Made by a program: the position numbers and the translations under genes
From: Thermodesulfobacteriota bacterium
GTDB taxonomy: Bacteria; Desulfobacterota; Binatia; UTPRO1
DNA length: 64,000 nucleotides
NCBI GenBank assembly: GCA_036781285.1
Contig: DAIQBH010000001.1
Coordinates: 24,856 to 88,855, forward strand
Reading direction: 5' to 3'
Notes under the pieces: model-generated
Database searches by the model: none
What the model saw: the letters and a program-made list of their open reading frames with translations, nothing else
What the model was told of the DNA's origin: nothing
Part shown: one piece after another, positions 13,097 through 22,298 of the stretch
Layout: the number at the start of each line of letters is the position of its first letter
Position numbering within the stretch: the stretch's first letter is position 1

Positions 13097-13639
13097 CTAC
13101 TTCATCACTTCGGACTTCAACGGTGCGTCGGACACCTTTTCTTCCTTCGGGAAGGGGGTGACTTTGCGGTCCGCCTTGGCCGACTCTGCACCACCCATCG
13201 AGCAGTGACCTTCGAAGATCACGCCTTCTTGGATGATGAGACTCGGGGTGGTGACGTTGCCGAAGAGCTTCCCGGGAGCACGGATCTCGACGCGCTTGCG
13301 CGCCGTGATGTCGCCGGTCACCCGACCTTTGATGATGACGCTGTTGCCGGTGATCTGCGCGTTCACGATGGCGGGCTCGCCCACGATCAGGGTGTCTTGT
13401 GCATGAATCTCGCCTTCGACCTGGCCGTCCACGCGCACCGTACCTTCGAAGTTCAACTTGCCAGTGACGCGGCTGCCCTTGCCGAGATACGCATTCACCT
13501 CGCCGGAGACGGCGGCGGGAATGGCTTCCTTGTCGAGCCCTTCGCGCTCGATTCGGGGAGGCTCTTCGATCGCGGTACGGATATCGTGCGAGTCGAAACG
13601 ATCGTTGCGTTCGCGGTTCTCTTTGCCGAAGAGCGCCAT
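13097..13639 (-). CDS. Bactofilin (CcmA/DUF583 family cytoskeletal protein)
   Basis: Beta-helical repeats (VTGKLNFEGTVRVDGQVEGEIHAQDTLIVGEPAIVNAQITGNSVIIKGRVTGDITA). The track starts the ORF at a TTG at 13684. The ATG at 13639 (MALFGKEN...) has an AAGGAAG RBS and matches the usual bactofilin N-terminus. Confidence 0.85.
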   Translation of the reverse strand: MALFGKENRERNDRFDSHDIRTAIEEPPRIEREGLDKEAIPAAVSGEVNAYLGKGSRVTGKLNFEGTVRVDGQVEGEIHAQDTLIVGEPAIVNAQITGNSVIIKGRVTGDITARKRVEIRAPGKLFGNVTTPSLIIQEGVIFEGHCSMGGAESAKADRKVTPFPKEEKVSDAPLKSEVMK

Positions 13640-13719
13640 GGCGGGCTTCCTTTCGACGGGCTGCTCGCTGTTCCTACGACCCAAAACCGCGTCGTCTTAG
13701 CACCGGCTCTCGGGACATG

Positions 13720-14604
13720 TCAAAAACCGGATCCCCGATTTCCGAGACGATCGACCAGTCCTTCGAGCTCTTCGGGCGAGTAGAACTCGATCTCGATGCG
13801 GCCGCCGCGTCCCTTGGGCGTGATGCGCACGCGCGTGCCGAGCGCGGTCGACAATTCGCGTTCGAGCGCGGCACGGTTTGGGTCACGAGGTGACGTCTTC
13901 GCTTTGCCCTTGCGGACCGCCGCCAGCTGCTCGGCATCCCGGACGGACATTTCACGAGTCTGGATCTGCTTCGCGGCGCGCAGCTGCGCGTCCGCGTCGT
14001 CGATCGATAGGAGCACGCGGGCGTGGCCCGCGGTGAGCTTTCCTCGTGCGAGATCTCGCTTGATGGACTCCGGCAATTTGAGGAGTCGCAGAGCGTTTGC
14101 GATCGCCGGTCGGCTTTTACCGACGCGCGTCGCGACTTCTTCCTGCGTGTGGTGGAACTCGGTGATGAGACGCTGATACGCGGCGGCTTCTTCCAGCGGG
14201 GAAAGATCGTCGCGCTGGATGTTTTCGACGAGCGCAAGCTCGAGGCTCTCTCCATCCGACATCTCGCGCACGAAGACGGGGACGTGCGTGAGACCAGCGC
14301 GTTCGGCGGCGCGAAGGCGCCGCTCGCCGGCAACCAACTCGAAATCGCCGTCGTCCGTCCGACGAACCAACAGGGGCTGGATGATTCCCTGCGCCCGGAT
14401 GGAACTGACGAGCTCACTCAAGGCTGTCTCGTCGAACTCGGTACGTGGCTGGCGCGGATTGGGGCGGATCTTGTCGATCGCGACCGAAAGGTCCGCGCTC
14501 GGCATCTCGGGGGCGGCCTCGACCGCTGAGCCGCGGCTGGCTCCAGGAATGAGCGCATCGATTCCTCGTCCCAGCGCCTTGCGCATGGCGTTATCTCCCA
14601 ACAA
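13720..14604 (-). CDS. parB: Chromosome partitioning protein ParB
   Basis: 294 aa with a ParB N-terminal domain (GIIQPLLVRR...YELVAGERRLRAAE) and HTH. An alternative start MRKAL lies at 14586. Confidence 0.95.
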   Translation of the reverse strand: MLGDNAMRKALGRGIDALIPGASRGSAVEAAPEMPSADLSVAIDKIRPNPRQPRTEFDETALSELVSSIRAQGIIQPLLVRRTDDGDFELVAGERRLRAAERAGLTHVPVFVREMSDGESLELALVENIQRDDLSPLEEAAAYQRLITEFHHTQEEVATRVGKSRPAIANALRLLKLPESIKRDLARGKLTAGHARVLLSIDDADAQLRAAKQIQTREMSVRDAEQLAAVRKGKAKTSPRDPNRAALERELSTALGTRVRITPKGRGGRIEIEFYSPEELEGLVDRLGNRGSGF

Positions 14605-15361
14605 CGTTTTGAACTAACTCCGCCGTCAGCGCCGCGTAGGCTTTTGCTCCCCGGGAGGCCGCGTCGTAGACCATGGCTGGCACCCCGTAGCTCGGACACT
14701 CGCTCAATCTGACATTTCTAGGTATTACAGCCTTAAAAACCTGCTCGGGGAAGTGCTGACGCACCTCGTTGACGACCTGGTGCGCCAGACTGTTGCGAGT
14801 ATCAAACATTGTTAGCAAAAGCCCCTCGATGCCTAGCGATGGGTTCAAACCCTGCCGAATGAAACCAATGGTGTCGAGGAGTGCGCTCAATCCCTCCAGT
14901 GCATAGTACTCGCACTGTAGAGGGATCAGCACTGCGTCGGCCGCCGAGAGAGCATTCACGGTCAGCAACCCCAGCGACGGCGGGCAGTCGATGATGATGA
15001 AATCGTATTGGTGCCGCAGAGCAGCGATTGCCTCTTGCAGTCGGTACTCACGACGAGGAAGTGGGACGAGCTCGATTTCGGCACCAATCAGGTCTCGGCT
15101 TGCAGGCATCAGCGAGAGGTTCTGGACCTGGGTCGCTCGGACGATCTGGTCGATCGGCTTCTCGCCTATCAACGCGTGATAGACTGAAGCTTCGACCTCC
15201 TGAGGATGGACTCCGAGACCGCTCGTCGCGCTGGCCTGCGGGTCGAGGTCGATGAGAAGCGTGGAGCGGCCGGCGAGGGCAAGGCCCGCGCTCAAGTTCA
15301 CCGAAGTGGTCGTTTTACCGACTCCACCCTTTTGGTTGGCGACCGCTAGAACCCGTCCCAC
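14591..15361 (-). CDS. parA: Chromosome partitioning ATPase ParA (Soj)
   Basis: 256 aa starting from a GTG, with the deviant Walker A motif KGGVGKTT. Confidence 0.96.
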   Translation of the reverse strand: MGRVLAVANQKGGVGKTTTSVNLSAGLALAGRSTLLIDLDPQASATSGLGVHPQEVEASVYHALIGEKPIDQIVRATQVQNLSLMPASRDLIGAEIELVPLPRREYRLQEAIAALRHQYDFIIIDCPPSLGLLTVNALSAADAVLIPLQCEYYALEGLSALLDTIGFIRQGLNPSLGIEGLLLTMFDTRNSLAHQVVNEVRQHFPEQVFKAVIPRNVRLSECPSYGVPAMVYDAASRGAKAYAALTAELVQNVVGR

Positions 15362-15447
15362 AACACACCTCCACTCGGGTAAGGCAGCGGATCACGGCGT
15401 ACCACAAAGTGTCGCAAAGGCAAAGTTGAGAGCTGTAGTGGACGGCA

Positions 15448-15463
15448 TGTTTCACGTGAAACA
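15448..15463. promoter_or_regulatory. parS: parS centromere site, perfect 16-bp palindrome TGTTTCACGTGAAACA
   Basis: It matches the parS consensus exactly (the palindrome extends to ATGTTTCACGTGAAACAT) and lies in the parA upstream intergenic region. Confidence 0.9.
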
Positions 15464-15474
15464 TTCGCTTGGAT

Positions 15475-15490
15475 TGTTCCACGTGAAACA
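15475..15490. promoter_or_regulatory. parS: Second parS site, TGTTCCACGTGAAACA
   Basis: One-mismatch variant of the parS consensus, identical to the Bacillus-type parS, 11 bp downstream of the first site. Confidence 0.88.
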
Positions 15491-15496
15491 TCGATT

Positions 15497-16153
15497 TCAC
15501 TCGATTCTTATTCCAAGAACTTCGACTGTCTTCCTGCGGTCCTCTGCAATTCGATAGTGGATCGTCTCGATCCTTCGGAGCGGTCCAAGATCATCCCGCT
15601 CGGGCAAAGGCTCCGTGCGCATCCAATAGACCCGCCCGGCTGGCTCGAGCCAGACCGGGGCGATCTCGGTTAGCTCTCGTCCCGACCACACTGCCCGGGT
15701 CATGACCCCAGCGGCCATGGCCCCGTACTCCTTTGGCGGCTCCTCGGCGCGGCCTTCATGTACCTCGACGTTGGAAAGTTTGAGTGTCCGCCGGACCTCC
15801 CGAAGGAAGTTGACTCGTTTGCGTCTGGTATCGACCAACAGAAAGCGCTGATCTGGTCTTTGGATCGCCAAGGGTAGGCCGGGAAAACCGGCGCCGCTTC
15901 CTAGGTCAACCAATAGACCTTCCCTTGGCAGCAGCGGCGCGATGGCCAGGGAGTCGAGCAGATGGCGCTCGACCAGCTCTCGCGGGGATCCACAGGAGAG
16001 AAGATTCGTCTTGCGGCTCCAGACGTCGAGAACGTCCGCGAAGCCCGACAAGGCCGTGAGCATCGACTCGGTGAGCTCGGTGCCGAGGAGCGCAGCACCC
16101 GTAGCAAGGTGCCGTCGGTCAGCTTCCGTCAGCCGCAACGTCGGGCCGCTCAC
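15497..16153 (-). CDS. rsmG: 16S rRNA (guanine527-N7)-methyltransferase RsmG (GidB)
   Basis: 218 aa with the SAM-MTase motif VDLGSGAGFPGLPLAI. Its 5' end overlaps the mnmG 3' end by 35 nt, so the true start may be further downstream. Confidence 0.9.
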   Translation of the reverse strand: MSGPTLRLTEADRRHLATGAALLGTELTESMLTALSGFADVLDVWSRKTNLLSCGSPRELVERHLLDSLAIAPLLPREGLLVDLGSGAGFPGLPLAIQRPDQRFLLVDTRRKRVNFLREVRRTLKLSNVEVHEGRAEEPPKEYGAMAAGVMTRAVWSGRELTEIAPVWLEPAGRVYWMRTEPLPERDDLGPLRRIETIHYRIAEDRRKTVEVLGIRIE

Positions 16154-17951
16154 GCGCGGCCCGTTGCTTGAGGTGCACGGAAAGCACGGCCAGGGCAGCG
16201 GGCGTGACGCCGGGGATACGACCCGCCTGCCCGAGCGTCCGCGGCTTCACCGCAGCGAGCTTCTGCTGAACCTCGCACGACAACGAGCGCAACTCGAAGT
16301 AGTCGAGCCCATCCGGAAGCACGGCTTCTTCGAGATTCTGGACCCGCGCAATCTCCCGCTCCTGGCGCGCGATGTACCCGGCGTACTTTATCCGACATTC
16401 GACCTCGCTCTGTACGTGCCGCGGGGGCAGAGGTCGAGCGTCCATCCGTCGCGCTTCGAGATCCCCGTAGCCGATTTCCGGTCGCCGGAGCTCGGCGGCG
16501 AGACCGCTCGCTTCGAGCAAGCGGATCTCGTCTTCGATGGCGGTGATCTTCTGGCGCGTGTGCTCGAACCGAGTGTCGTCGATGAGGCCAACGGAATTCG
16601 CGAGGAAGGCGAGCCGCTCATCGGCGTTTCCCTCGCGTAGCACCAGCCGATGTTCGGCTCGCGAGGTGAACATGCGATAGGGCTCACCGCCCACGCCCCG
16701 GGTAACTAGATCGTCGATCATGACGCCGAGATACGCCTGATGACGGTCGACACGGATCAGCGTTTCTCCGCGCGCGTAACGGGCCGCGTTCAGCCCGGCG
16801 ATCAATCCCTGACCCGCCGCCTCCTCGTAGCCCGTAGTGCCATTGATCTGACCGGCATGGAAAAGCCCCTCGATCAGCTTGGTCTGAAGCGACGCTTCCA
16901 GCTGCATCGGGTCGACGTAGTCGTACTCGATCGCGTACCCAGGGCGCATGATCTCCGCGTGCTCGAGGCCAGGGATCGACCGGACCATCCGGCTCTGGAT
17001 CTCGAGGGGGAGGCTCGTTGAAAGCCCGTTCGGATACACTTCGACGGTCGCGAGACCCTCAGGTTCCAGAAAGATCTGATGTCGCGGCTTTTCCGCGAAG
17101 CGAACGACCTTGTCCTCGATCGACGGGCAATAACGTGGTCCTCGCGACGTGATCTGACCCGAGAACATAGCCGATTCCGACAAGCCGCTCCGGACGATCT
17201 CGTGGGTGTCCTCGGTGGTGTAGGTGATGTGGCAGGACACCTGGGGCTGGATGATCTGGGAGTCGAAAATCCCGAATGGAACGGGGTCGGGATCACCGGG
17301 CTGCTCCTGGAGCGCTTCGTACGAGATCGTGCGACCGTCGAGGCGGGGGCAGGTGCCAGTCTTCAGCCGACCGATCTCGAAGCCCAGCTCGGCGAGACTC
17401 GCGCTCAACCCGAAGACGGCAAGATCGCCCGCGCGCCCGCCCGCATAGCTCCGGCGCCCGACGTGAATCCGGCCTTGGAGAAACGTGCCGGTTGTGAGGA
17501 CCACCGTCCGTCCCGACAATCTCTCGCCGAGCTCGGTCTCCACGCCGATCACGCGATATCCGTTCACCTTGATGCGCTCGACGCTGGCCTGCCGTAGGGT
17601 GACGCCGCGGCTCGACTCCATCAATCTCTTCATGTAGGCGCGGTAGAGAGCCTTATCCGCTTGGGCCCGCGTCGCGCGCACGGCAGGGCCTTTCTTGGTG
17701 TTGAGCGTCCGGAACTGTATTCCGGTCGCGTCGATCGCCCGCGCCATGGCTCCACCGAGGGCATCGATCTCCTTCACCAGATGCCCCTTGCCGATCCCTC
17801 CTATTGCAGGATTGCACGACATTTGCCCTATGTCGTCGCGATTCTGAGTGACCAGCAACATCTCGGAACCCGTCCGCGCGGCTGCCAGCGCTGCTTCTAT
17901 TCCCGCGTGCCCGGCGCCGACAACGATCACGTCGTAGATCACGTCACCCAT
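16119..17951 (-). CDS. mnmG: tRNA uridine-5-carboxymethylaminomethyl modification enzyme MnmG (GidA)
   Basis: 610 aa with the FAD-binding start YDVIVVGAGHAGIEAA. Confidence 0.97.
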   Translation of the reverse strand: MGDVIYDVIVVGAGHAGIEAALAAARTGSEMLLVTQNRDDIGQMSCNPAIGGIGKGHLVKEIDALGGAMARAIDATGIQFRTLNTKKGPAVRATRAQADKALYRAYMKRLMESSRGVTLRQASVERIKVNGYRVIGVETELGERLSGRTVVLTTGTFLQGRIHVGRRSYAGGRAGDLAVFGLSASLAELGFEIGRLKTGTCPRLDGRTISYEALQEQPGDPDPVPFGIFDSQIIQPQVSCHITYTTEDTHEIVRSGLSESAMFSGQITSRGPRYCPSIEDKVVRFAEKPRHQIFLEPEGLATVEVYPNGLSTSLPLEIQSRMVRSIPGLEHAEIMRPGYAIEYDYVDPMQLEASLQTKLIEGLFHAGQINGTTGYEEAAGQGLIAGLNAARYARGETLIRVDRHQAYLGVMIDDLVTRGVGGEPYRMFTSRAEHRLVLREGNADERLAFLANSVGLIDDTRFEHTRQKITAIEDEIRLLEASGLAAELRRPEIGYGDLEARRMDARPLPPRHVQSEVECRIKYAGYIARQEREIARVQNLEEAVLPDGLDYFELRSLSCEVQQKLAAVKPRTLGQAGRIPGVTPAALAVLSVHLKQRAARERPDVAADGS

Positions 17952-17966
17952 GGTTCGGCGCCGAAC

Positions 17967-19361
17967 CTATTTGCCGAGACAGAAATCAGCAAACACGCGA
18001 TCGAGGACGTCCTCGCTGGTGACGTCCCCCGTAATGCCACCAAGAGCCGCTCCCGCTGCCGCCAGGTCGCTCGCGACGATCTCGAGTGGTAGTCCGGCCG
18101 CGGCCACCGCCTCCGCCTGCTGAAGATGCACGAGCGCTCGGCGGGCGGCGTCGCGGTGCCGTGACCTGAAGAGAACGACCTCGTTGTCAGCGACGCTCGC
18201 GCCGTTCGCCAGCAGCCTGCCAATGGCGCTCCCGAGGCCCGCCGTACCGGAACCCGTGAGCGCGCTCACCTCGACCACCTCGATGTCGCCAAGAAGCCGT
18301 CGAGCATCCGTATCGGTCGTTCCCGTCGGGAGATCCGCCTTGTTGAGCACCGCGAGACAACGCCGTCCCCGCACCGACTCGGCCACTCCACGATCCGTGG
18401 CGTCCAGCGCGACGCTGCGATCGAAGACCACGATGACCGCATCGGCCTCAGCGGCCGCGGCGCGACTCCGGTCTACTCCCATCGCCTCGACGACGTCGTC
18501 AGTGTCTCGGAGACCGGCGGTGTCCATCAGGACCACGGGTGCACCATTCACCACGACGGTCACCTCGACCACGTCGCGGGTCGTTCCTGGAATGGGAGTG
18601 ACCAAGGCGCGGTCGCGCCCCGCCAGTGCGTTCAGCAAGCTCGACTTCCCGACGTTCGGACGCCCGACGATCGCCACACGCGATCCCTGATAGCGAAGGC
18701 GACCGCGCTCGAAAGTGGCGACCAGCGCCTCCAATTCCTTGCGCACCGCTGCAAGCTCGGTCGCGAGCTCGGTCGCGGTGAGCTCGGGAACGTCCTCGTC
18801 CGCGAAGTCGAGCGCGACCTCGCAATATGCACGCGCCTTCACGATCGTGTCGCGGAGCCCGCCGACACGCGCCGACAGAGTTCCCTGGAGCTGCGACCAT
18901 GCGAGCCGTCGACCGGCGTCACTACGCGCCATGATCAGATCGGCAACCGCCTCGGCCTGCGCGAGATCCATTCGGCCATTCAAAAACGCGCGCTTCGTAA
19001 ACTCGCCGGGTGCCGCCGGACGTGCGCCGGCAGCACACACACTCTCGAGCACCGCTTCACTCACGAGCGATCCGCCGTGGCACTGGATCTCGACGATATC
19101 CTCGCCCGTGTAGCTCCGAGGGGCGCGCATCGCGAAGACCACGACCTCGTCCACCACGTTCGCGCCGGGACGATCGAAGAATTTGCCGACGTACACTCGC
19201 CGCGATTCCGCGATTCCCCGCCCGCCACCACGAACGAAGAGGCTGTTCACGATGTCGATCGCGGCCGGTCCGCTCACGCGAATGATCGCTACCCCACCCG
19301 ATCCCGGTGGCGTGGCGATTGCGGCGATCGTGTCGCTCGTAGTGCTCATGCCGGCCGCCAC
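17967..19361 (-). CDS. mnmE: tRNA modification GTPase MnmE (TrmE)
   Basis: 464 aa with G-domain motifs (GRPNVGKSSLLNAL, DTAG) and a C-terminal CxGK. Confidence 0.96.
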   Translation of the reverse strand: MAAGMSTTSDTIAAIATPPGSGGVAIIRVSGPAAIDIVNSLFVRGGGRGIAESRRVYVGKFFDRPGANVVDEVVVFAMRAPRSYTGEDIVEIQCHGGSLVSEAVLESVCAAGARPAAPGEFTKRAFLNGRMDLAQAEAVADLIMARSDAGRRLAWSQLQGTLSARVGGLRDTIVKARAYCEVALDFADEDVPELTATELATELAAVRKELEALVATFERGRLRYQGSRVAIVGRPNVGKSSLLNALAGRDRALVTPIPGTTRDVVEVTVVVNGAPVVLMDTAGLRDTDDVVEAMGVDRSRAAAAEADAVIVVFDRSVALDATDRGVAESVRGRRCLAVLNKADLPTGTTDTDARRLLGDIEVVEVSALTGSGTAGLGSAIGRLLANGASVADNEVVLFRSRHRDAARRALVHLQQAEAVAAAGLPLEIVASDLAAAGAALGGITGDVTSEDVLDRVFADFCLGK

Positions 19362-19395
19362 CCCTGACTGCCGGCGAAGCGACTGGCGAGCGACG

Positions 19396-21078
19396 TCAGG
19401 CGGGAGCGGTCGTCGGCGCTGGCTCGCGATTCGACCACCACTGCTGCGCGATCGTGAGCACGTTGTTGACGAGCCAGTAGAGCACGAGACCGGAAGGGAA
19501 GTTGATGAACATGACCGTGAACATCACGGGCATGAGAATCATCATCATGCGTTGCTGCGCGGGGTCCATCCCAGTCGCCGGAGACATTGCCTGCTGCAGG
19601 ATCATGCTGCCACCCATGAGCAGGACGAGAATCGGGATCGGCACGCCGAGCACCGCGAATTCGTTGCACCCCGTGATCGCTCCTTGGCCTGGCCAGGGAT
19701 AGCACTCGTGCGCCGACAAGTCGTGTACCCAGAAGGCGAAGGGCGCGTGGCGGAGCTCGATCGCCTGGCTCAACGCCTGGTAGAGCCCGATGAACACGGG
19801 GAACTGCAGCAACATCGGCAAGCAGCCGCCAAGCGGATTGACGCGGTGGCGACGGTACAGCTCGATCATCTCTTTGTTCAGCGTCTCACGGTCGTCTTTG
19901 TACTTTTCCCGGAGCTTGGCCATCTGCGGCTGCAGACGCTGCATGTCGCGCATCGACTTCATGCTGCGGTTGGTGAGCGGAATGAACAACACCTTGATCA
20001 AGATCGTCAGCAGGATGATGTCGACCCCGTAGTTACCGGTCACTGTGTTGAACAGCTTCATGAGCCGAAGGAGGGGAATCGCGAGGAACGAGAACCACCC
20101 GAAGTCCACGGCGCGATCGAGCTGCGAACCCGCCCCCTCCAAAACCGCTACGTCCTTCGGCCCGACGTAAATCGTGAAACGTGTCGGCGCGTCGCCCGTG
20201 GAGCGGGCGCTCGATAGAAGCAGTTGGACGCCACCGCTCTCTGGGCTCACCGTCGCACGGGTGACGGCAGGTTCCGCGGGAACCAGGGCGGCAAGGAAAT
20301 AGTGGTCGGCGTACCCCACCCAACCGACCGGCGGCTCGGAGATGCGGGGCTCCGAGCCAACGAGGGCGCTCGCCAACTCGCGCACGACTTTCTTGTCCTG
20401 GAGAACCGCCGTCCCGCGGTATGGCGCTTCTGGGTCGCCGCTCATCCCTTCGGTGATTTGGTGACGCCAGCCGATGCCGACGCGCGTCAGCTTCTCGGAG
20501 ACTCCGGTCACTCCAACCTCTACACCGATTGGATACGACGCCCCCGAAAACACCAACGTCTTCGTGATCGCGGCACCCGACGGCAATGTGCCACGCAAGG
20601 TGAGCGTCCCGGTGGTTGCTCCCTTGACGACGAGCTCGGTCGGATCGACCGCATAGACGACTTTCGTGTCGTCTTCGACCATCTTGGCGTCTTCCGACGC
20701 GAGCCGCACTCCGAGTGGTAACGCTGACTCGGGTCCGACCTGGATCATCTCCAACGGCTCACTCTCGCTCGTCACCGAGGTTCGGTACCTCTTCAATCGA
20801 AGACTCGCGATACGGCCACCGACAGGCGCGATGCGCGCGGTGAAGAGGTCGGTTTCGACGATGACCGGATCCGCGGTGACCGTCGGCGGCGGGCTCGCCG
20901 CCTCGGGCTGCGCAAGGTCCGCTGCGCGCGTAACCGGCGACTGCATCGCGCCCGGAGCGGTGATTTGCGGAGGGGCGGCTTGCTCGGGGGGCAGGGGGTA
21001 CAAGTAGCGAAGGGCTTCCTGGTAGGCCACGAGGACGACCAGGCAAAGGACTGCAGCGAGAAGCGCGCGTCGCTCCAT
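19396..21078 (-). CDS. yidC: Membrane protein insertase YidC
   Basis: 560 aa with a periplasmic domain and a conserved C-terminal five-TM region. Confidence 0.95.
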   Translation of the reverse strand: MERRALLAAVLCLVVLVAYQEALRYLYPLPPEQAAPPQITAPGAMQSPVTRAADLAQPEAASPPPTVTADPVIVETDLFTARIAPVGGRIASLRLKRYRTSVTSESEPLEMIQVGPESALPLGVRLASEDAKMVEDDTKVVYAVDPTELVVKGATTGTLTLRGTLPSGAAITKTLVFSGASYPIGVEVGVTGVSEKLTRVGIGWRHQITEGMSGDPEAPYRGTAVLQDKKVVRELASALVGSEPRISEPPVGWVGYADHYFLAALVPAEPAVTRATVSPESGGVQLLLSSARSTGDAPTRFTIYVGPKDVAVLEGAGSQLDRAVDFGWFSFLAIPLLRLMKLFNTVTGNYGVDIILLTILIKVLFIPLTNRSMKSMRDMQRLQPQMAKLREKYKDDRETLNKEMIELYRRHRVNPLGGCLPMLLQFPVFIGLYQALSQAIELRHAPFAFWVHDLSAHECYPWPGQGAITGCNEFAVLGVPIPILVLLMGGSMILQQAMSPATGMDPAQQRMMMILMPVMFTVMFINFPSGLVLYWLVNNVLTIAQQWWSNREPAPTTAPA

Positions 21079-21082
21079 CGGG

Positions 21083-21325
21083 TCACCGACCTCGAGCGGG
21101 CACGTGGTCGATCGCTACCTCGGACCACGGGTGACATCGAAGGACTCGGCGGGTCGCGAGCCACCCACCGCGCACGAGGCCGTGCGCCACGATCGCGTCG
21201 ACGGCGTAAGCGGAACAACTCGGATAGAACCGACACGCCGCCGGAAGCAGCGGAGACACGGCTATTCGATAGACACGCAGGGGGAGTACGGCGAGTTGCC
21301 TCAGCGCCATTCGCACGCGAACCAC
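21083..21325 (-). CDS. yidD: Membrane protein insertion efficiency factor YidD
   Basis: 80 aa with the YRIAVSPLLPAACRFYPSCSAYA signature. Confidence 0.9.
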   Translation of the reverse strand: MVRVRMALRQLAVLPLRVYRIAVSPLLPAACRFYPSCSAYAVDAIVAHGLVRGGWLATRRVLRCHPWSEVAIDHVPARGR

Positions 21326-21327
21326 GT

Positions 21328-21702
21328 TCAGTGCTGGCTCGTGGGACGACGAGACGTGCGCTGCGCAACGATGGCGTCCCAGAAAGCACGGCGGATCGTC
21401 GGAACGGTTACCGCTCCACTGCCAGGTTTCGCGATCACGACCACGTCACACATGAATTGCGCGCGCGCTTCGTGACGCCGAAATGCTTCGCGGATGCGTC
21501 GCTTGAGGCGATTCCGTGTCACCGCGCTACCCACTTTGCGGCTCACGGTGACGCCGAGACGGGACGCCGTCGCCGTCTGTCGAAGGAGCAAAACGAATTG
21601 CTCCGTCCTCCGCTTCTGGCCGGTCCGTCCCAAGGCTAGGAACTCCCCGCGGCGGCGAATACGCGCCGCCTTGGGAAAGCCCTCGCCATCGCGGGGCGTC
21701 AT
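21328..21702 (-). CDS. rnpA: Ribonuclease P protein component
   Basis: 124 aa, basic, with RnpA motifs ([25 protein letters not shown]). Confidence 0.9.
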   Translation of the reverse strand: MTPRDGEGFPKAARIRRRGEFLALGRTGQKRRTEQFVLLLRQTATASRLGVTVSRKVGSAVTRNRLKRRIREAFRRHEARAQFMCDVVVIAKPGSGAVTVPTIRRAFWDAIVAQRTSRRPTSQH

Positions 21703-21857
21703 CTCGGCTGCTTCGGCGGGATCGAAACGGTGAGCCGCTTACGGCCCTTGGCCCGCCGCCGCTTCAGGACATTGCGACCCCCGGGGGTCGCCATGCGAGC
21801 GAGGAAGCCGTGGGTGCGCTTACGGCGGGTGTTACTGGGTTGAAAGGTTCGCTTCAT
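21699..21857 (-). CDS. rpmH: 50S ribosomal protein L34, with a 9-aa C-terminal extension
   Basis: Manual reverse-strand translation gives [52 protein letters not shown]. It is below the ORF-track size cutoff. Its stop overlaps the rnpA start (ATGA). Confidence 0.92.
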   Translation of the reverse strand: MKRTFQPSNTRRKRTHGFLARMATPGGRNVLKRRRAKGRKRLTVSIPPKQPR

Positions 21858-21903
21858 GAGGTGCCGGCCTATCCATCACAGCGGCTGATCGCTGTCAATT
21901 TGG

Positions 21904-22131
21904 TCACGCCGATGCGGCCGCTCCGCCCTCGGCCCCGGCGGACTTGCCTTTCGCGTGCTCTTCACACTTCGACCCAGCTGCCCGCGGCTTTCGACAAGCC
22001 TCGGCCGTGCAGATCTTGTACCGGCCTTTGGGGAGCCCGCCACGCCGCCACTTTGCATAGTGGCGCGAGCAGTAGCCCTTGCCGACCACGGCGGCGGAAC
22101 AGCCCTCGAGTTTGCACGTGCCCTTCGACAT
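21904..22131 (-). CDS. Small Cys-rich protein with two zinc-ribbon-like repeats
   Basis: 75 aa, MSKGTCKLEGCSAAVVGKGYCSRHYAKWRRGG...YKICTAEACRKPRAAGSKCEEHAKGK, with two Cx4-5C...CxxH(Y) repeats. It sits immediately upstream of rpmH on the same strand. Confidence 0.6.
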   Translation of the reverse strand: MSKGTCKLEGCSAAVVGKGYCSRHYAKWRRGGLPKGRYKICTAEACRKPRAAGSKCEEHAKGKSAGAEGGAAASA

Positions 22132-22298
22132 TCGAGACTACCTCCTTGAGACGCGGGCGCCTGCCGAAGACACGCGACCGACCCGCGGGTGTCTCACATC
22201 GCTCCGTTCATGGCAAGCAAGCCGACCTCGTCAGACCGCCGTTACGAGCCGAAATTGTTGTAGGAGGGCAGCGCGTGACCTGGTAAGGACCCGTCCGC

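Noticed and set aside
13640-13684. Longer bactofilin N-terminus from the TTG at 13684
   Set aside because: The TTG has no RBS. The ATG at 13639 has AAGGAAG upstream and gives the canonical MALFGK bactofilin start.
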